Positions 29,876-39,954 of a stretch of DNA of 64,000 bases are shown here, piece by piece. Source of the DNA: Candidatus Entotheonellaceae bacterium (GTDB lineage: Bacteria; Tectomicrobia; Entotheonellia; Entotheonellales; Entotheonellaceae). The notes under the pieces are model-generated. The model made no database searches. It saw only the letters and a program-made list of their open reading frames with translations, and was not told the DNA's origin. The DNA lies in contig OZ250173.1 in assembly GCA_965238075.1 (NCBI GenBank), forward strand, positions 1,984,001 through 2,048,000, read 5' to 3'. The stretch's first letter is position 1, and each line of letters opens with the position of its first letter. The translations under genes were made by a program, and so were the position numbers.

Positions 29876-30670
29876 TCAGCGGCCCTGGAACTGCGGGCGG
29901 CGCTTCTCGGTGAATGCCTGCACGCCTTCCTGGTAATCCTGACTGTTGAAGCAATCGGCGATGAGCGCGTCGAGCGCGGCCAGGTCGCGCTGTTCAGGCG
30001 GCTGCAGCAATTGGTCCACGCTGGCCTTGGCGGATCGCAGGGTGAGCGGAGCGTTGCGGGCCATGGTGAGGGCGTAGTCGCGGGTGAACGATTCCAACTC
30101 ATCCTTGGGGACGACCTGATTGACCAGTCCCATGCGCAGGGCGTCCTGGGCGCTGAAGTTGGTGCGCGCGGTGAAGAAGATTTCCTTGGTGTAGGCCGGC
30201 CCGATGAGCTTCATGAGCCGCTCCATGCCGTTGTAGTGGTAGCCTAGTCCCAGGCGGGCGGCGGGAATGCCGAAGCGGGCGTCGTCCGAGGCGATGCGCA
30301 CGTCGCAGCCGATGGCGATGCTGACGCCGCCGCCGATGCAGTAGCCGTGGATCATGGCCAGCAGCGGCTTGTCGAGCGTTTTCAGGCTTTCCTGGCCGCG
30401 CGCCGAGATACGTCCGTAGGCCGCCTCGTCGTCCATGTTGCGGCGCCGCTCCTTGAACTGCGAAATGTCCGCCCCGGCGACAAACGCCTTCTCACCGGCG
30501 CCGCGCAGGATGACCACCCGGATGGCGTCGTCCTCGGCCAGGTCCTTCACGTAATCCGGCATCAGCGCCCACATTTCCTGGCTCACGGCGTTGCGCTTTT
30601 CCGGCTGGTTGAAAATGATCCAGCCAATCGGCCCGTCCTTTTCCATTAGTAGCTTCTCGGCGTTGCTCAT
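29876..30670 (-). CDS. Enoyl-CoA hydratase/isomerase
   Basis: KRNA, AFVAGADISQF, GYCIGGG, DYQEG..AF.EKR.P.F.G. Confidence 0.93.
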   Translation of the reverse strand: MSNAEKLLMEKDGPIGWIIFNQPEKRNAVSQEMWALMPDYVKDLAEDDAIRVVILRGAGEKAFVAGADISQFKERRRNMDDEAAYGRISARGQESLKTLDKPLLAMIHGYCIGGGVSIAIGCDVRIASDDARFGIPAARLGLGYHYNGMERLMKLIGPAYTKEIFFTARTNFSAQDALRMGLVNQVVPKDELESFTRDYALTMARNAPLTLRSAKASVDQLLQPPEQRDLAALDALIADCFNSQDYQEGVQAFTEKRRPQFQGR

Positions 30671-30719
30671 GCCCGTTTTCTCCTGTTGTTGTGGCGGTTA
30701 AGTGTTTGGAAACGGGATG

Positions 30720-31232
30720 TTAGATGCCTCCCTTAAGCAGGGCCACGCCGATGGCAATGACAAATCCGGCGCACAGTCCGACCAGCCACTGACGTAACTG
30801 GCGCATGTCGGCGTGGGATTCGGTGCGCATTTCAACCAAGGTCTGCCTGATGTCCACCATGGTCCGATTCAAATCGTCAAAGCGTTTGTCCGCGGCCTCA
30901 AAGCGATGATTGATGCTCTCGTGGGTCAGATCGAAACGCTGATCGACTTGCTGCCGCGAGTCGTCAACTTGTTGCTGCATGCCGTCGAAGCGCTGGTTGA
31001 CTTGCTGCCGCATGTCGTCCAGGCGCTGGTCGACTTGTTGCTGCATGCCGTTGAATTGTTGCTGCATGCCGTCGAAACGCTGGTTGACTTGCTGCCGCAT
31101 GTCGTCCAGGCGCTGGTCGACTTGTTGCTGCATACCGTTGAATTGTTGCTGCATGCCGTCGAAACGCTGATCCATACGTATGGTGAACTCGGCAAACTGT
31201 TCGGCGCTGACAACTGCCAATGTTTCGGCCAT
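30720..31232 (-). CDS. Coiled-coil repeat protein with C-terminal membrane anchor
   Basis: QRFD/QRLD 7- and 11-residue repeats; hydrophobic tail WLVGLCAGFVIAIGVALL. Confidence 0.8.
   Translation of the reverse strand: MAETLAVVSAEQFAEFTIRMDQRFDGMQQQFNGMQQQVDQRLDDMRQQVNQRFDGMQQQFNGMQQQVDQRLDDMRQQVNQRFDGMQQQVDDSRQQVDQRFDLTHESINHRFEAADKRFDDLNRTMVDIRQTLVEMRTESHADMRQLRQWLVGLCAGFVIAIGVALLKGGI
30970..31170. repeat. Intragenic tandem repeat, about 87-bp unit, a little over 2 copies
   Basis: Encodes QRFDGMQQQFNGMQQQVDQRLDDMRQQVN (29 aa) twice plus a partial copy, near-identical at DNA level. Confidence 0.85.
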
Positions 31233-31627
31233 GCTTCTTCCCTCTGCCGGCTTTCTGGAAGCGGCCGGAATGAACCTCAATCCATCCGAATAGCTTCAGG
31301 CGCACGCCCATTCAGAGTCGTAAAAACGCGGGCGACTATACTACGCAATGTTTGCCGCTTCCAGCCGTAAAGATCACCGCCCAGGGCAAACGCATATGAT
31401 CCATTGTCATACGTCTGGTTCCAGCAGTTCCTCGAATTACCCCTTGGTATTCCGTCGAGGGGAGAAGGTTCGGCTGACGCGGATAACGCCATATGCGCTT
31501 ACCCTGGATCACCGCCCTTTTCCGGGATGAGTGAGAAGCCCTTGATGCGTTATGGTATCCGGCGCCGAAGTAAGGTATCGTTCGGAAATTCCACTATCAC
31601 CATCTTTCCCCAGGAGGACCCCCGCAC

Positions 31628-34231
31628 ATGCAATCCACAAGCCGCCGCCCCGTGACGAACGGCGACCTCGACCACGCTCCCAGGGCCAACGTGCACATCC
31701 TTGATAACGGCCTGCAAGTGGTGCTGCTTGAAGACCACAGCGCACCCGTCGTCGCCCTGCAGACGTGGGTGCGGTTCGGCAGCGCCGACGAGGACCCGGC
31801 CGTGGCAGGCATTGCACACGTCTTCGAGCACATGTTGTTCAAGGGCACGGACCGCTTTCCGAACGGGGAAATCGCCGCCCTCATCGAGGGCGCCGGCGGC
31901 TCGGTGAACGCCTGGACGAATTACGATGAAACGGTCTACCACGTCACCCTGTCCAGCCGTTTCTGGGAAACCGGCTTCGACGTGTTGAGCGACGCCGTTC
32001 TGCACTCCTTTTTCGATCCCACCGAACTGGAACGCGAAAAGGAAGTGGTGCTCGAGGAATTCCGCCGCAGCAAGGATAGCCCGGATCACGAAATTGCCGA
32101 GCGCCTCTTCGACCTCACCTTCACGACGCATCCCTACCGCCGTCCGATCATCGGTTTCGAGGAAACCGTGCGGCCCATCCAGCGCGATGACATGCTGCGC
32201 GTGTTCAACACTTGGTACGTGCCCAACAACATGATCTTCGTGGCCGTCGGTGATTTTGATTCCGACACCATGCTGCGCACCGTCGAGGACCGCTTCGGCG
32301 CCGTGCCGGCCACGGCATTGCCCGTCAGGCCGCGTGCCGACGAGCCTGCTCAGGCGCAGCCGCGCGTGCTGGCGTTCCCCTTTCGGGCCGAGTTGGCGCG
32401 CGTCGAAATCGCCCTGCCGTCGGTCGAGGCCACCGATCCGCAAGTGCCGGCGCTCGACCTGCTCAGCGACCTGCTGGGCTCGGGCTATAATTCCACCCTC
32501 TACACCGCCCTCAAGCGCCGCCGCCAGTTGGCCCACGACGTGTATGCCTTCAACTACACGCCGTGCGACCGCGGCGTTTTCCTGCTTGGCGCCACCTGCA
32601 TGACCGACGACGTGGCCGACGTGGTACAGGGGCTGATGCAGCCGGTGCGGCAACCCGCTTTGTCCATCTCCGAGCACGACTTGGCGGCGGCGAAAACGCG
32701 CATCGTTAGCCATTTCGTGCACGCCCGCGAAACGTACCAGGGCATCGCCAGCCAACTGGGGAGTCACATGCTGGTGTACGGCGACCCGAACTACGGCGAG
32801 CGCTACGTGGCTGCCATCGAATCGCTGAGCCACGACGACCTGCAGCAGGCGGCGACGACGTTTCTCGATCCGCAGCGCGCCAACCTCGCCCTGCTCATGC
32901 CCTCGGACGCCGACCTGCCGAGCGAGGACACCATGCTCGCCTGGACCCGGCAGGACGAGACGTCGCAGGCGCCCGCGCTGCCGCGCAGCACGGACAACAC
33001 CTCCGTCGTGTCCCTGCCGGGCGGCAGCACGCTGATCGTGCAGACCGACCGCAAGGCCCCGCTCGTTACCATCCGCACCCTGCTCCCCGGCGGGCAGCGC
33101 AGCGCCCCGCAGGGCAAGGAAGGCATCGTCCGCCTCCTCAGCGCCACGTGGGACCGCGGCACCAGCATGCGAAGCGCCTCCGAGATCGAACGCGAGCTCG
33201 ACCGCCTCGGCGCTACCCTGGGCGCCTCAAGCGACCGCGATTCCGTCCAGCTCGCCGCCCGCTTTCTGCGCGACACCTTCGCCGACGGGCTGGAGCTTTA
33301 CCTTGAGCTGTTGACCGAGCCCAGCTTTCCGGACGCCGAAGTGGCGCGCGAGCAGACCGATCAATTGCGCGACCTCGACACCCTGAAGGAAAACCGCTTC
33401 CAGTACGCAATGCAGCAGTTTCTGCGCAAATTCTACGGCTTCCATCCATACAATCACCTGTCCATCGGCACGCCCGAGGGCCTGTCCACAGTCTCGCGTG
33501 ATGATCTGGCCGCGTTCCACCAAAGCCTACTGCGCCCACAGGGCGCGGTGTACGTCGTCGTGGGCGACATCACCGCCGAAACGGTGCTGTCGCGCTGGCA
33601 TCAATTGGCGCCGGCGTCGCTTTCCGAACCCGCCGCTGCCGTGACAACCACGGTGCCGGAGGTGCCCACGTGGAGCGAGGCGGCGACCGAGGTGATCGAC
33701 GTGGAAGGCCAGCAGACGCATATCATCTGGGGCTTTCCCACCGTTACGGGCCGCGACCCCGACCGCTACACGCTGCACGTGCTCGACACCATCCTCGGCG
33801 GCATGGGCGGGCGCCTGTTCGTGGAATTGCGGGACAAGCGGGGCCTGGCCTACGCGGTCACCAGCTTCGACGCCTATCCGGTCGATCCCGGCTACCTGGC
33901 CTTCTACATCGGCTGCACGCCCGAGAAGGAAGGCGAGGCGCTCAGCGAATTCGAGCGCGTGGTGCAGGAGATTCAGAACGATGGGGTTACGTCGGAGGAG
34001 TTGGAGCGCGCCAAGACCTACATCGGCGGCGCGCTCGACATCAGCCTGCAAAGCACCAGCCAGCGCACCAGCATCTTCGGCCTCGGCATGCTCCACCAGG
34101 GCCAGTGGAACGCCTACCAGACGTACCTGGAGGCGGTGCAGAAGGTCAGCTTGGCCAACATTCAGGAGGCGGCTCGAACCTACCTGCAGCCATCGCGCTC
34201 GCTGCGCACCATCCTGCGCGCGCAGCGCTGA
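31628..34231 (+). CDS. M16 (pitrilysin) family zinc peptidase
   Basis: GIAHVFEHMLFKG (HxxEH), NAWT, RLFVELRDKRGLAY; four-domain length. Confidence 0.93.
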   Translation: MQSTSRRPVTNGDLDHAPRANVHILDNGLQVVLLEDHSAPVVALQTWVRFGSADEDPAVAGIAHVFEHMLFKGTDRFPNGEIAALIEGAGGSVNAWTNYDETVYHVTLSSRFWETGFDVLSDAVLHSFFDPTELEREKEVVLEEFRRSKDSPDHEIAERLFDLTFTTHPYRRPIIGFEETVRPIQRDDMLRVFNTWYVPNNMIFVAVGDFDSDTMLRTVEDRFGAVPATALPVRPRADEPAQAQPRVLAFPFRAELARVEIALPSVEATDPQVPALDLLSDLLGSGYNSTLYTALKRRRQLAHDVYAFNYTPCDRGVFLLGATCMTDDVADVVQGLMQPVRQPALSISEHDLAAAKTRIVSHFVHARETYQGIASQLGSHMLVYGDPNYGERYVAAIESLSHDDLQQAATTFLDPQRANLALLMPSDADLPSEDTMLAWTRQDETSQAPALPRSTDNTSVVSLPGGSTLIVQTDRKAPLVTIRTLLPGGQRSAPQGKEGIVRLLSATWDRGTSMRSASEIERELDRLGATLGASSDRDSVQLAARFLRDTFADGLELYLELLTEPSFPDAEVAREQTDQLRDLDTLKENRFQYAMQQFLRKFYGFHPYNHLSIGTPEGLSTVSRDDLAAFHQSLLRPQGAVYVVVGDITAETVLSRWHQLAPASLSEPAAAVTTTVPEVPTWSEAATEVIDVEGQQTHIIWGFPTVTGRDPDRYTLHVLDTILGGMGGRLFVELRDKRGLAYAVTSFDAYPVDPGYLAFYIGCTPEKEGEALSEFERVVQEIQNDGVTSEELERAKTYIGGALDISLQSTSQRTSIFGLGMLHQGQWNAYQTYLEAVQKVSLANIQEAARTYLQPSRSLRTILRAQR

Positions 34232-34240
34232 GCATGGATC

Positions 34241-34447
34241 GTGAATGACAGGGAATTTCTCAGGTGAGCCCGGCGATACGCCCGCAGGCATGGATTGCAT
34301 TTCGATTTTGCCCCCAGCCGCGGGAAGGGCAGTCACGGAGAGATCCGGCTTGGACCCTACCGGACTACCGTGCCTCGTGGCGAGATTCCTGCGGGTACTC
34401 TGGTTTCGATGCTGAAGGACTTGCATGTCGACAGGAGAGAGCTATAG
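34241..34447 (+). pseudogene. hicA: HicA-family toxin with a premature stop at codon 9
   Basis: Manual translation: MNDREFLR*ARRYARRHGLHFDFAPSRGKGSHGEIRLGPYRTTVPRGEIPAGTLVSMLKDLHVDRREL. GKGSH motif, TGA at 34265-34267, directly upstream of hicB. Confidence 0.85.
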
Positions 34448-34450
34448 ATC

Positions 34451-34936
34451 ATGCGCTACGCCTATCCGTGCAACATCGTCCGCGACAAGGAAGAGGAACG
34501 GCTAGGTAGAAGAGAAGCCTATACGGCAACCTTTCCCGACGTGTATGGGGCCAACACAGGCGGATGGTCCTGGAAAGAGGCCGTGGAGATGGCCAAGGAT
34601 TGTCTGGGGGTCGCCCTGGGCATGCACGTTAAGGCCCGCGAAGACATACCCGCTCCCAGTCCCCTCAAAGAGGGCCAAGTGTTGATCTCCGTAGCGCCCA
34701 TTGTTGCAGCGAAGCTGGCTCTCTATACAGCGATGCGGGAACAGGGCGTCACCAACGTCGCCCTTGCCGAGCGGCTGGGCCTGCAAGAAAACGCAGTCCG
34801 TCGGCTTCTCGACCCTGGGCATCAATCTCCCATGACGGCGGTCGAAAAGGCCCTCGAAGTCGTTGGGCGCTCCCTGATGGTGGAAAATAGGGTCGCCGTC
34901 CAGTATTCCGAAGTCCCTGCCACTCTGGCCCCGTGA
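34451..34936 (+). CDS. hicB: HicB-family antitoxin with C-terminal HTH
   Basis: TFPDVYGANTGG..WKEAVEMAKDCL, IPAPS, KLALYTAMREQGV..LAERLG. Confidence 0.9.
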   Translation: MRYAYPCNIVRDKEEERLGRREAYTATFPDVYGANTGGWSWKEAVEMAKDCLGVALGMHVKAREDIPAPSPLKEGQVLISVAPIVAAKLALYTAMREQGVTNVALAERLGLQENAVRRLLDPGHQSPMTAVEKALEVVGRSLMVENRVAVQYSEVPATLAP

Positions 34937-34954
34937 GTTCATCACCCGTCCCTG

Positions 34955-36796
34955 TCATGCCTCGTCATCCAACCCCGCCACCAAGCTGGCGTACGTCATG
35001 TCGTACAGACGCGCGTAAGGCCCGTGGCGCCGGACCAGTTCTTCGTGCGTGCCGCTTTCCAGCAGCCGTCCGTTTTCCAGGACGATAATGCGGTCTGCCT
35101 GCTTCACGGTCGAGAGGCGGTGGGCGATGATGAACGTGGTGCGCCCGCGCAGCAGCGTCTTGAGGCCCGCCTGCACCAGCCGCTCGGCTTCGACGTCGAT
35201 GCTGGCGGTGGCCTCGTCGAGGATGAGGATACGCGGGTCGGCGAGCAGGGCGCGCACGAAGCTGACGAGTTGACGCTGGCCGTGGCTCAGCAGGCTGCCG
35301 CGCTCGCGCACCTCGGTATCGTAGCCGTGCTCAAGCCGCATGATGCTGTCGTGCACGCCGAGGGCGCGGGCCGCTGCCTCCACTGCGGCGTCGCTGGCGT
35401 CAGGGTTGGCGTAGCGCAGGTTGTCGCGCACCGTGCCGCTGAACAGAAAAGGCTCCTGCAGGACGATGGCGACCTGCCGCCGCAGGTCGGCCTGCGATAG
35501 CCGCCGCAAGTCGGTGCCATCGATGAGAATGGCGCCCTCGGTCACGTCGTAAAACCGCGTGAGCAGGTTGATCAGCGTCGTCTTGCCCGCCCCCGTATGC
35601 CCGACGATGGCCAGATTTTGCCCCGCCGGCACCGCCAGCGAGAAATCTTCCAGAACCGGCACGCCGGGCTGGTAGTGGAACGACACCCGCCGAAACTCTA
35701 CCTCACCCCGCATTCGCGGCAGCCGCACCGGCGGTGCGCCCTCAAGAACGTGCCGCGGCGTCTCCAGCACCTCGAAAATGCGCTCCCCCGAAGCCATGGC
35801 CATTTGCAGCGAGTTCCAGCGAAAGCTGAGGTCACGCAGCGGCTCGAAAAAGCGATACATGTAGAGCACGAAGGCGACCAGGGCGCCGGCGCTGAGATCG
35901 CCGTCCATCACCAGCGGCGCGCCGCAGACAACGACCACGGCAATGGCCAGGGTGGTCATCATTTCGATGGCCGGGAAAAACAGGGCGGACAGGTGCGCGG
36001 CCTTCAGCGTCGCGTCCAGATGGTCCGCGTTCAGGCGTTCGAAGCGCCGCAAGTTGATCGTCTCGCTGCACAGGCTCTGGATGACGCGCACGCTGGAGAT
36101 GTTTTCCTGCAGGCTGGCGTTGACGCGCGCCAGCGCCCGCCGCACCACCTGGAAGACGCGCCGCGAATGGGTGCGCCAGTATGCGGTGACGATCAGCACC
36201 AGCGGCACCACCGCGCTGGTCAGCAGCGCCAGGTAGGGGTGCATGGTGAACAGGACGATCAGGATGCCCACCAGGGTCAGCGCGTCGCTGAGGATACTGA
36301 GGATGCCGCTGGTGAAGAGGTCTTGCAGGGTGCCCACGTCGTTTTGCACGCGCGACATCAAGCGGCCCACGGATTGGCGGTCGTGAAACGCCACGTCGAG
36401 CCGCATGAGATGCCGGAACAGCGCCTGCCGCAGGTTCAGCAGGACGCGCTGCGCGGCGCGCATGAGCAGCAGCGTCTGTCCGTATTGCAGGCCCCAGCCG
36501 GCCAGCGTGTTGCCGAGGTAGAGCAGCACGATGACGGTGAGGGCGTGCAGGTCGCCTTGTGCGATGGGGCCGTCGAGGGCGAGCTTGATGAGGTAGGGGC
36601 CGAGCAGCTGGCTGGCGGCGACCCCGGCCATGCAGACCGCCGCGACGATCAGAACCGTTGTGTGCGGCACCGCGAACGGCCACAGGCGGCGCATGACGCG
36701 GGCGTCGTACACCCTGCCGAAGCGTTTTTCCTCCACGAGATCGCGGTGGCCGTTGCTCGGTGCCGCGTCCGGGTTGCGGGGGGTTGAGACCTTCAT
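34955..36796 (-). CDS. ABC exporter permease/ATPase (heterodimer partner)
   Basis: TM domain plus GHTGAGKTT, LSHGQRQL, LDEATAS, IAHRLST. Confidence 0.93.
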   Translation of the reverse strand: MKVSTPRNPDAAPSNGHRDLVEEKRFGRVYDARVMRRLWPFAVPHTTVLIVAAVCMAGVAASQLLGPYLIKLALDGPIAQGDLHALTVIVLLYLGNTLAGWGLQYGQTLLLMRAAQRVLLNLRQALFRHLMRLDVAFHDRQSVGRLMSRVQNDVGTLQDLFTSGILSILSDALTLVGILIVLFTMHPYLALLTSAVVPLVLIVTAYWRTHSRRVFQVVRRALARVNASLQENISSVRVIQSLCSETINLRRFERLNADHLDATLKAAHLSALFFPAIEMMTTLAIAVVVVCGAPLVMDGDLSAGALVAFVLYMYRFFEPLRDLSFRWNSLQMAMASGERIFEVLETPRHVLEGAPPVRLPRMRGEVEFRRVSFHYQPGVPVLEDFSLAVPAGQNLAIVGHTGAGKTTLINLLTRFYDVTEGAILIDGTDLRRLSQADLRRQVAIVLQEPFLFSGTVRDNLRYANPDASDAAVEAAARALGVHDSIMRLEHGYDTEVRERGSLLSHGQRQLVSFVRALLADPRILILDEATASIDVEAERLVQAGLKTLLRGRTTFIIAHRLSTVKQADRIIVLENGRLLESGTHEELVRRHGPYARLYDMTYASLVAGLDDEA

Positions 36797-38571
36797 ACGT
36801 GCGACCGCTCGGCGGCAACGGGCGAAACCGGTGGCGCAACCCGTTCGTCCGGGTCGCGCGATTGTTGTTTGTGCACGGTCTGATACAGCCCCGGCTCGTC
36901 CAGCAGTTCGTCGTGCGTGCCGCGCTGCACGATGCGCCCGCCGGACAGCACCAGAATCAGGTCGGCGTGCCGCAGGGTGTACAGGCGATGGGCGATGACC
37001 ATGGTGGTTCGCCCCATCATCAGCGACCGCAGGGCGCGTTGGATGAGGAATTCCGTCTCCACGTCCACGCTCGACGTGGCGTCATCGAGGATCAGCAGCC
37101 GCGGGTCGCGCACGAAGGCGCGGGCGATGGCGATGCGCTGCCGCTGGCCGCCCGACAGCGTCACGCCGCGCTCGCCGACCCAGGTGTCGTAGCCGTGCGG
37201 GGATTTCATGATGAAGTCGTGGGCATGCGCCGCTTTGGCCGCCGCCACGATGGCCTCCAGGCCGATGTCGGGACGCCCGTAGGCGATGTTGTCGCGGATG
37301 GTGTTGGAGAACAGCCAAGTGTCTTGCATGACGATGCCGATGTGCCGCCGCAGAGCGTCCAATTGCAGGTCCCGGACATCGATGCCGTCCAGGCTGACGA
37401 CACCGCCGGTGGGGTCGTAAAAACGCGGGATCAGTTGCGCCAGGGTGCTTTTGCCGCTGCCGGTGCTGCCCAGCAGCGCCACCGTTTGCCCCGGCTCGGC
37501 GGTGAAGCTGATGTCGTGCAGAACCGGCAGATGGCGGTCATAGTGGAAGCTGACGTGCTCGAAACGCAGTGCCCCGCGCACCTGCGGCAGAGTCCGTGCG
37601 CGTGGGGATTCGCGCACCTCGGAAACGGCGTCCAGCACCTCGAACAGGCGCCGGCCGCCGGCCTGACAGCGCGACGCCATGCCGGCAAGCCAGCTCAGGC
37701 GCCGCAGCGGGTGGCCCAATTGCACCAGATAACTGGTGGCCGCCACCAGGGTGCCGAGGCTCATGCCGCCCAGGATGACCTCCCGGCCGCCGACGTACAG
37801 CGTCAGCCCCAGCCCCACCGCCAGCAGAAGCGTCAACAACGGCAGGCTCAGCGCCTGGGCGTGCGTCACCCGCATATGCGCCTTGTACAGGTCGCCGGCC
37901 ACCTCCGAAAAGGATTCCTCTTGCGACCGTTCGCGCCCGAACGCCTTGACCACCCGGATACCCGTCAGACTCTCCTGCCAAGCCACCGACAGGCGGGCCG
38001 TGTGCGCCTGCACGATCTCCTGCAGCGGCCGCAACCAGCGGCCCATGGCGACCGACACCGCCAGAATCACCGCAAAGCCGCCGACGGCCAGCACCGCCAG
38101 GCGCCAATCAAGCCAGACCAGCGCCGCCGTTGTTCCCAGGCCGGTCAACAGGACGCTGAAGACCATCGGCAAGCCGAAATGGAAGAAGTGGCGCACCGCC
38201 TCCACGTCCGCCGCGGCGCGCGACATCAGATCGCCGGTCTGCGCCCGGTCGTGGTAGGCGAAGCTCAGCCGCTGCAACTTGTCATACAGCAGGTTGCGCA
38301 GCCGGTAGGCGAGGCGCTGGGCCAGGAACGCCACCAGGTAGTTCTGCCCGTACACCGCGGCGCCGCGCAGCGCGGTGACGCCGACCAGCAAGGCGCCGGC
38401 CACGTACACGAAGCCGGGGTTGTCCGGGTCCAGCCCGTCATCGAGGACGCTCTTGAGGATCAGCGGGACGGCGAGGTGCAGCAGCACCGCCGCTACCGTG
38501 CAGGCCAGCGCCCCGGCGAGGCGAAGGCGGGAATCGGCGTAGAGCGCACAGAGACGGGTAAAGCCACGCAT
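36793..38571 (-). CDS. ABC exporter permease/ATPase (heterodimer partner, degenerate Walker B)
   Basis: GSTGSGKST, LSGGQRQR, ILDDATSSVD. Confidence 0.93.
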   Translation of the reverse strand: MRGFTRLCALYADSRLRLAGALACTVAAVLLHLAVPLILKSVLDDGLDPDNPGFVYVAGALLVGVTALRGAAVYGQNYLVAFLAQRLAYRLRNLLYDKLQRLSFAYHDRAQTGDLMSRAAADVEAVRHFFHFGLPMVFSVLLTGLGTTAALVWLDWRLAVLAVGGFAVILAVSVAMGRWLRPLQEIVQAHTARLSVAWQESLTGIRVVKAFGRERSQEESFSEVAGDLYKAHMRVTHAQALSLPLLTLLLAVGLGLTLYVGGREVILGGMSLGTLVAATSYLVQLGHPLRRLSWLAGMASRCQAGGRRLFEVLDAVSEVRESPRARTLPQVRGALRFEHVSFHYDRHLPVLHDISFTAEPGQTVALLGSTGSGKSTLAQLIPRFYDPTGGVVSLDGIDVRDLQLDALRRHIGIVMQDTWLFSNTIRDNIAYGRPDIGLEAIVAAAKAAHAHDFIMKSPHGYDTWVGERGVTLSGGQRQRIAIARAFVRDPRLLILDDATSSVDVETEFLIQRALRSLMMGRTTMVIAHRLYTLRHADLILVLSGGRIVQRGTHDELLDEPGLYQTVHKQQSRDPDERVAPPVSPVAAERSHV

Positions 38572-38764
38572 CCTCTAGTCCTCGCAGAGGCGAAAGGTAG
38601 GTCAAGGTGGGCTGGGCTCGCAGGCTGCAAACAGGCATTCCGAACGAGGTTTTGAATCGACACTATAGAGGCTGAATCGTGTTAAAGTCCAGTTGTCAGC
38701 CATCCGCAGCCGCCGGGCTGCCAGCCGTTTGCGACGCATCGAACTTCACAAAGGGAGCACCAAG

Positions 38765-39862
38765 ATGAAAGCTGCTATCTTCCGCCGAGCCCACGAGCCG
38801 CTCCAGATCGAATCGGTTGCGGTCGACAAACCGCGCGACCGCGAAGTCCTGGTGCGCACCGCCGCCACCGGCGTCTGCCACAGCGATTTGCACTACGTTG
38901 ACGGCGACCTGCCGCCGCGCGACCACCCCATGGTCATGGGTCACGAGGGCTCCGGCGTGGTTGAGGCTGTCGGCAGCGCCGTCACGACCGTTAAACCCGG
39001 CGACCACGTGGTGGCCTGCCTGTCCGGCTTCTGCGGCGCCTGCCCGCAGTGCCTGAGTGGGCATCCCAACGTGTGCGCCACCGGCTACGTGAGCCGCTCG
39101 TCCGACACGCCGCCGCGCCTCAGCCTCGACGGCGAGCCCTTGATTCCCTTTGCCAGCGTCGGCAGCTACGCCGAGCAGATGCTGTTGCACGAGAACTCGC
39201 TAGTCAAAATCGACCGTGACATCCCCCTGGACCGCGCCGCGCTAGTCGGCTGCGGTGTGCTCACCGGCGTTGGCGCGGCGCTGCGCACCTCGGGCCTGCA
39301 GGCCGGCCAGACGGTTGCCGTGTTCGGCTGCGGCGGTGTCGGCCTGTCGATCATCCAGGGTGCCCGCATCGGCGGCGCCAGCCGCATCATCGGTATCGAC
39401 AAGTTTCCCGCCAAGCTGGAGCGGGCGCATAGCCTCGGCGCCACTGACGTGATTGATTCCAACAAGGGGGACGCCGTTGCCCAGCTGCGTGAGCTGACGG
39501 GCGGGCAGGGCGTCGATCACGCCTTCGAGGCCGTCGGCTTGCCCGTCCTGGTCCGGCAGGCGGTTGAATCCCTCGCCATACGCGGCACGGCGACCATCGT
39601 CGGGGTGCCGCCCGACGGTTCCGAGCTGTCGTTCCCCTTCAGCGCTATCCGGCCCGAGTGCAAGGTGCAGACCTCGCGCATGGGTTCCAACCAGTTCCGA
39701 ACCGACATCCCGCGCTACCTGGAGTTTTACCGCCAGGGGCGCCTCAATCTCGACGACATGGTGAGCAAACGGGGCCGTCTGGAGGACATCAACGAAGCCT
39801 TCCGGGCCATGAAGGCGGGCGAGGTGGCGCGCAGCGTGTTGACCTTCGACGGGGCGTGTTGA
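38765..39862 (+). CDS. Zn-dependent alcohol dehydrogenase
   Basis: CHSDLH, GHEGSG, CxxCxxC structural-Zn cluster, GCGGVG. Confidence 0.93.
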   Translation: MKAAIFRRAHEPLQIESVAVDKPRDREVLVRTAATGVCHSDLHYVDGDLPPRDHPMVMGHEGSGVVEAVGSAVTTVKPGDHVVACLSGFCGACPQCLSGHPNVCATGYVSRSSDTPPRLSLDGEPLIPFASVGSYAEQMLLHENSLVKIDRDIPLDRAALVGCGVLTGVGAALRTSGLQAGQTVAVFGCGGVGLSIIQGARIGGASRIIGIDKFPAKLERAHSLGATDVIDSNKGDAVAQLRELTGGQGVDHAFEAVGLPVLVRQAVESLAIRGTATIVGVPPDGSELSFPFSAIRPECKVQTSRMGSNQFRTDIPRYLEFYRQGRLNLDDMVSKRGRLEDINEAFRAMKAGEVARSVLTFDGAC

Positions 39863-39954
39863 CATGCGGGGTCGTATGGTTTAGAACCACACCTTCATAC
39901 CCCCAATCCAACAATCCAACGCGGAAAAACACGCACCTACATGAGGAGTCTATC

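Noticed and set aside
30970-31170. Possible CRISPR array
   Set aside because: The repeats are contiguous, in frame and coding, with no unique spacers and no cas genes.
31240-31620. Small ORFs or an ncRNA upstream of the coiled-coil gene
   Set aside because: No recognisable motif, RBS or structure; left unannotated.
34265-34267. hicA in-frame TGA as selenocysteine
   Set aside because: The position is in a basic helix (Arg expected), not a Cys/redox site, and I saw no convincing SECIS. A nonsense mutation is simpler.
36760-38655. Long antisense ORFs (also 6742-8061, 31550-32833, 46010-47536, 1171-2181)
   Set aside because: Shadow frames of well-supported genes in high-GC DNA, with no recognisable motifs.
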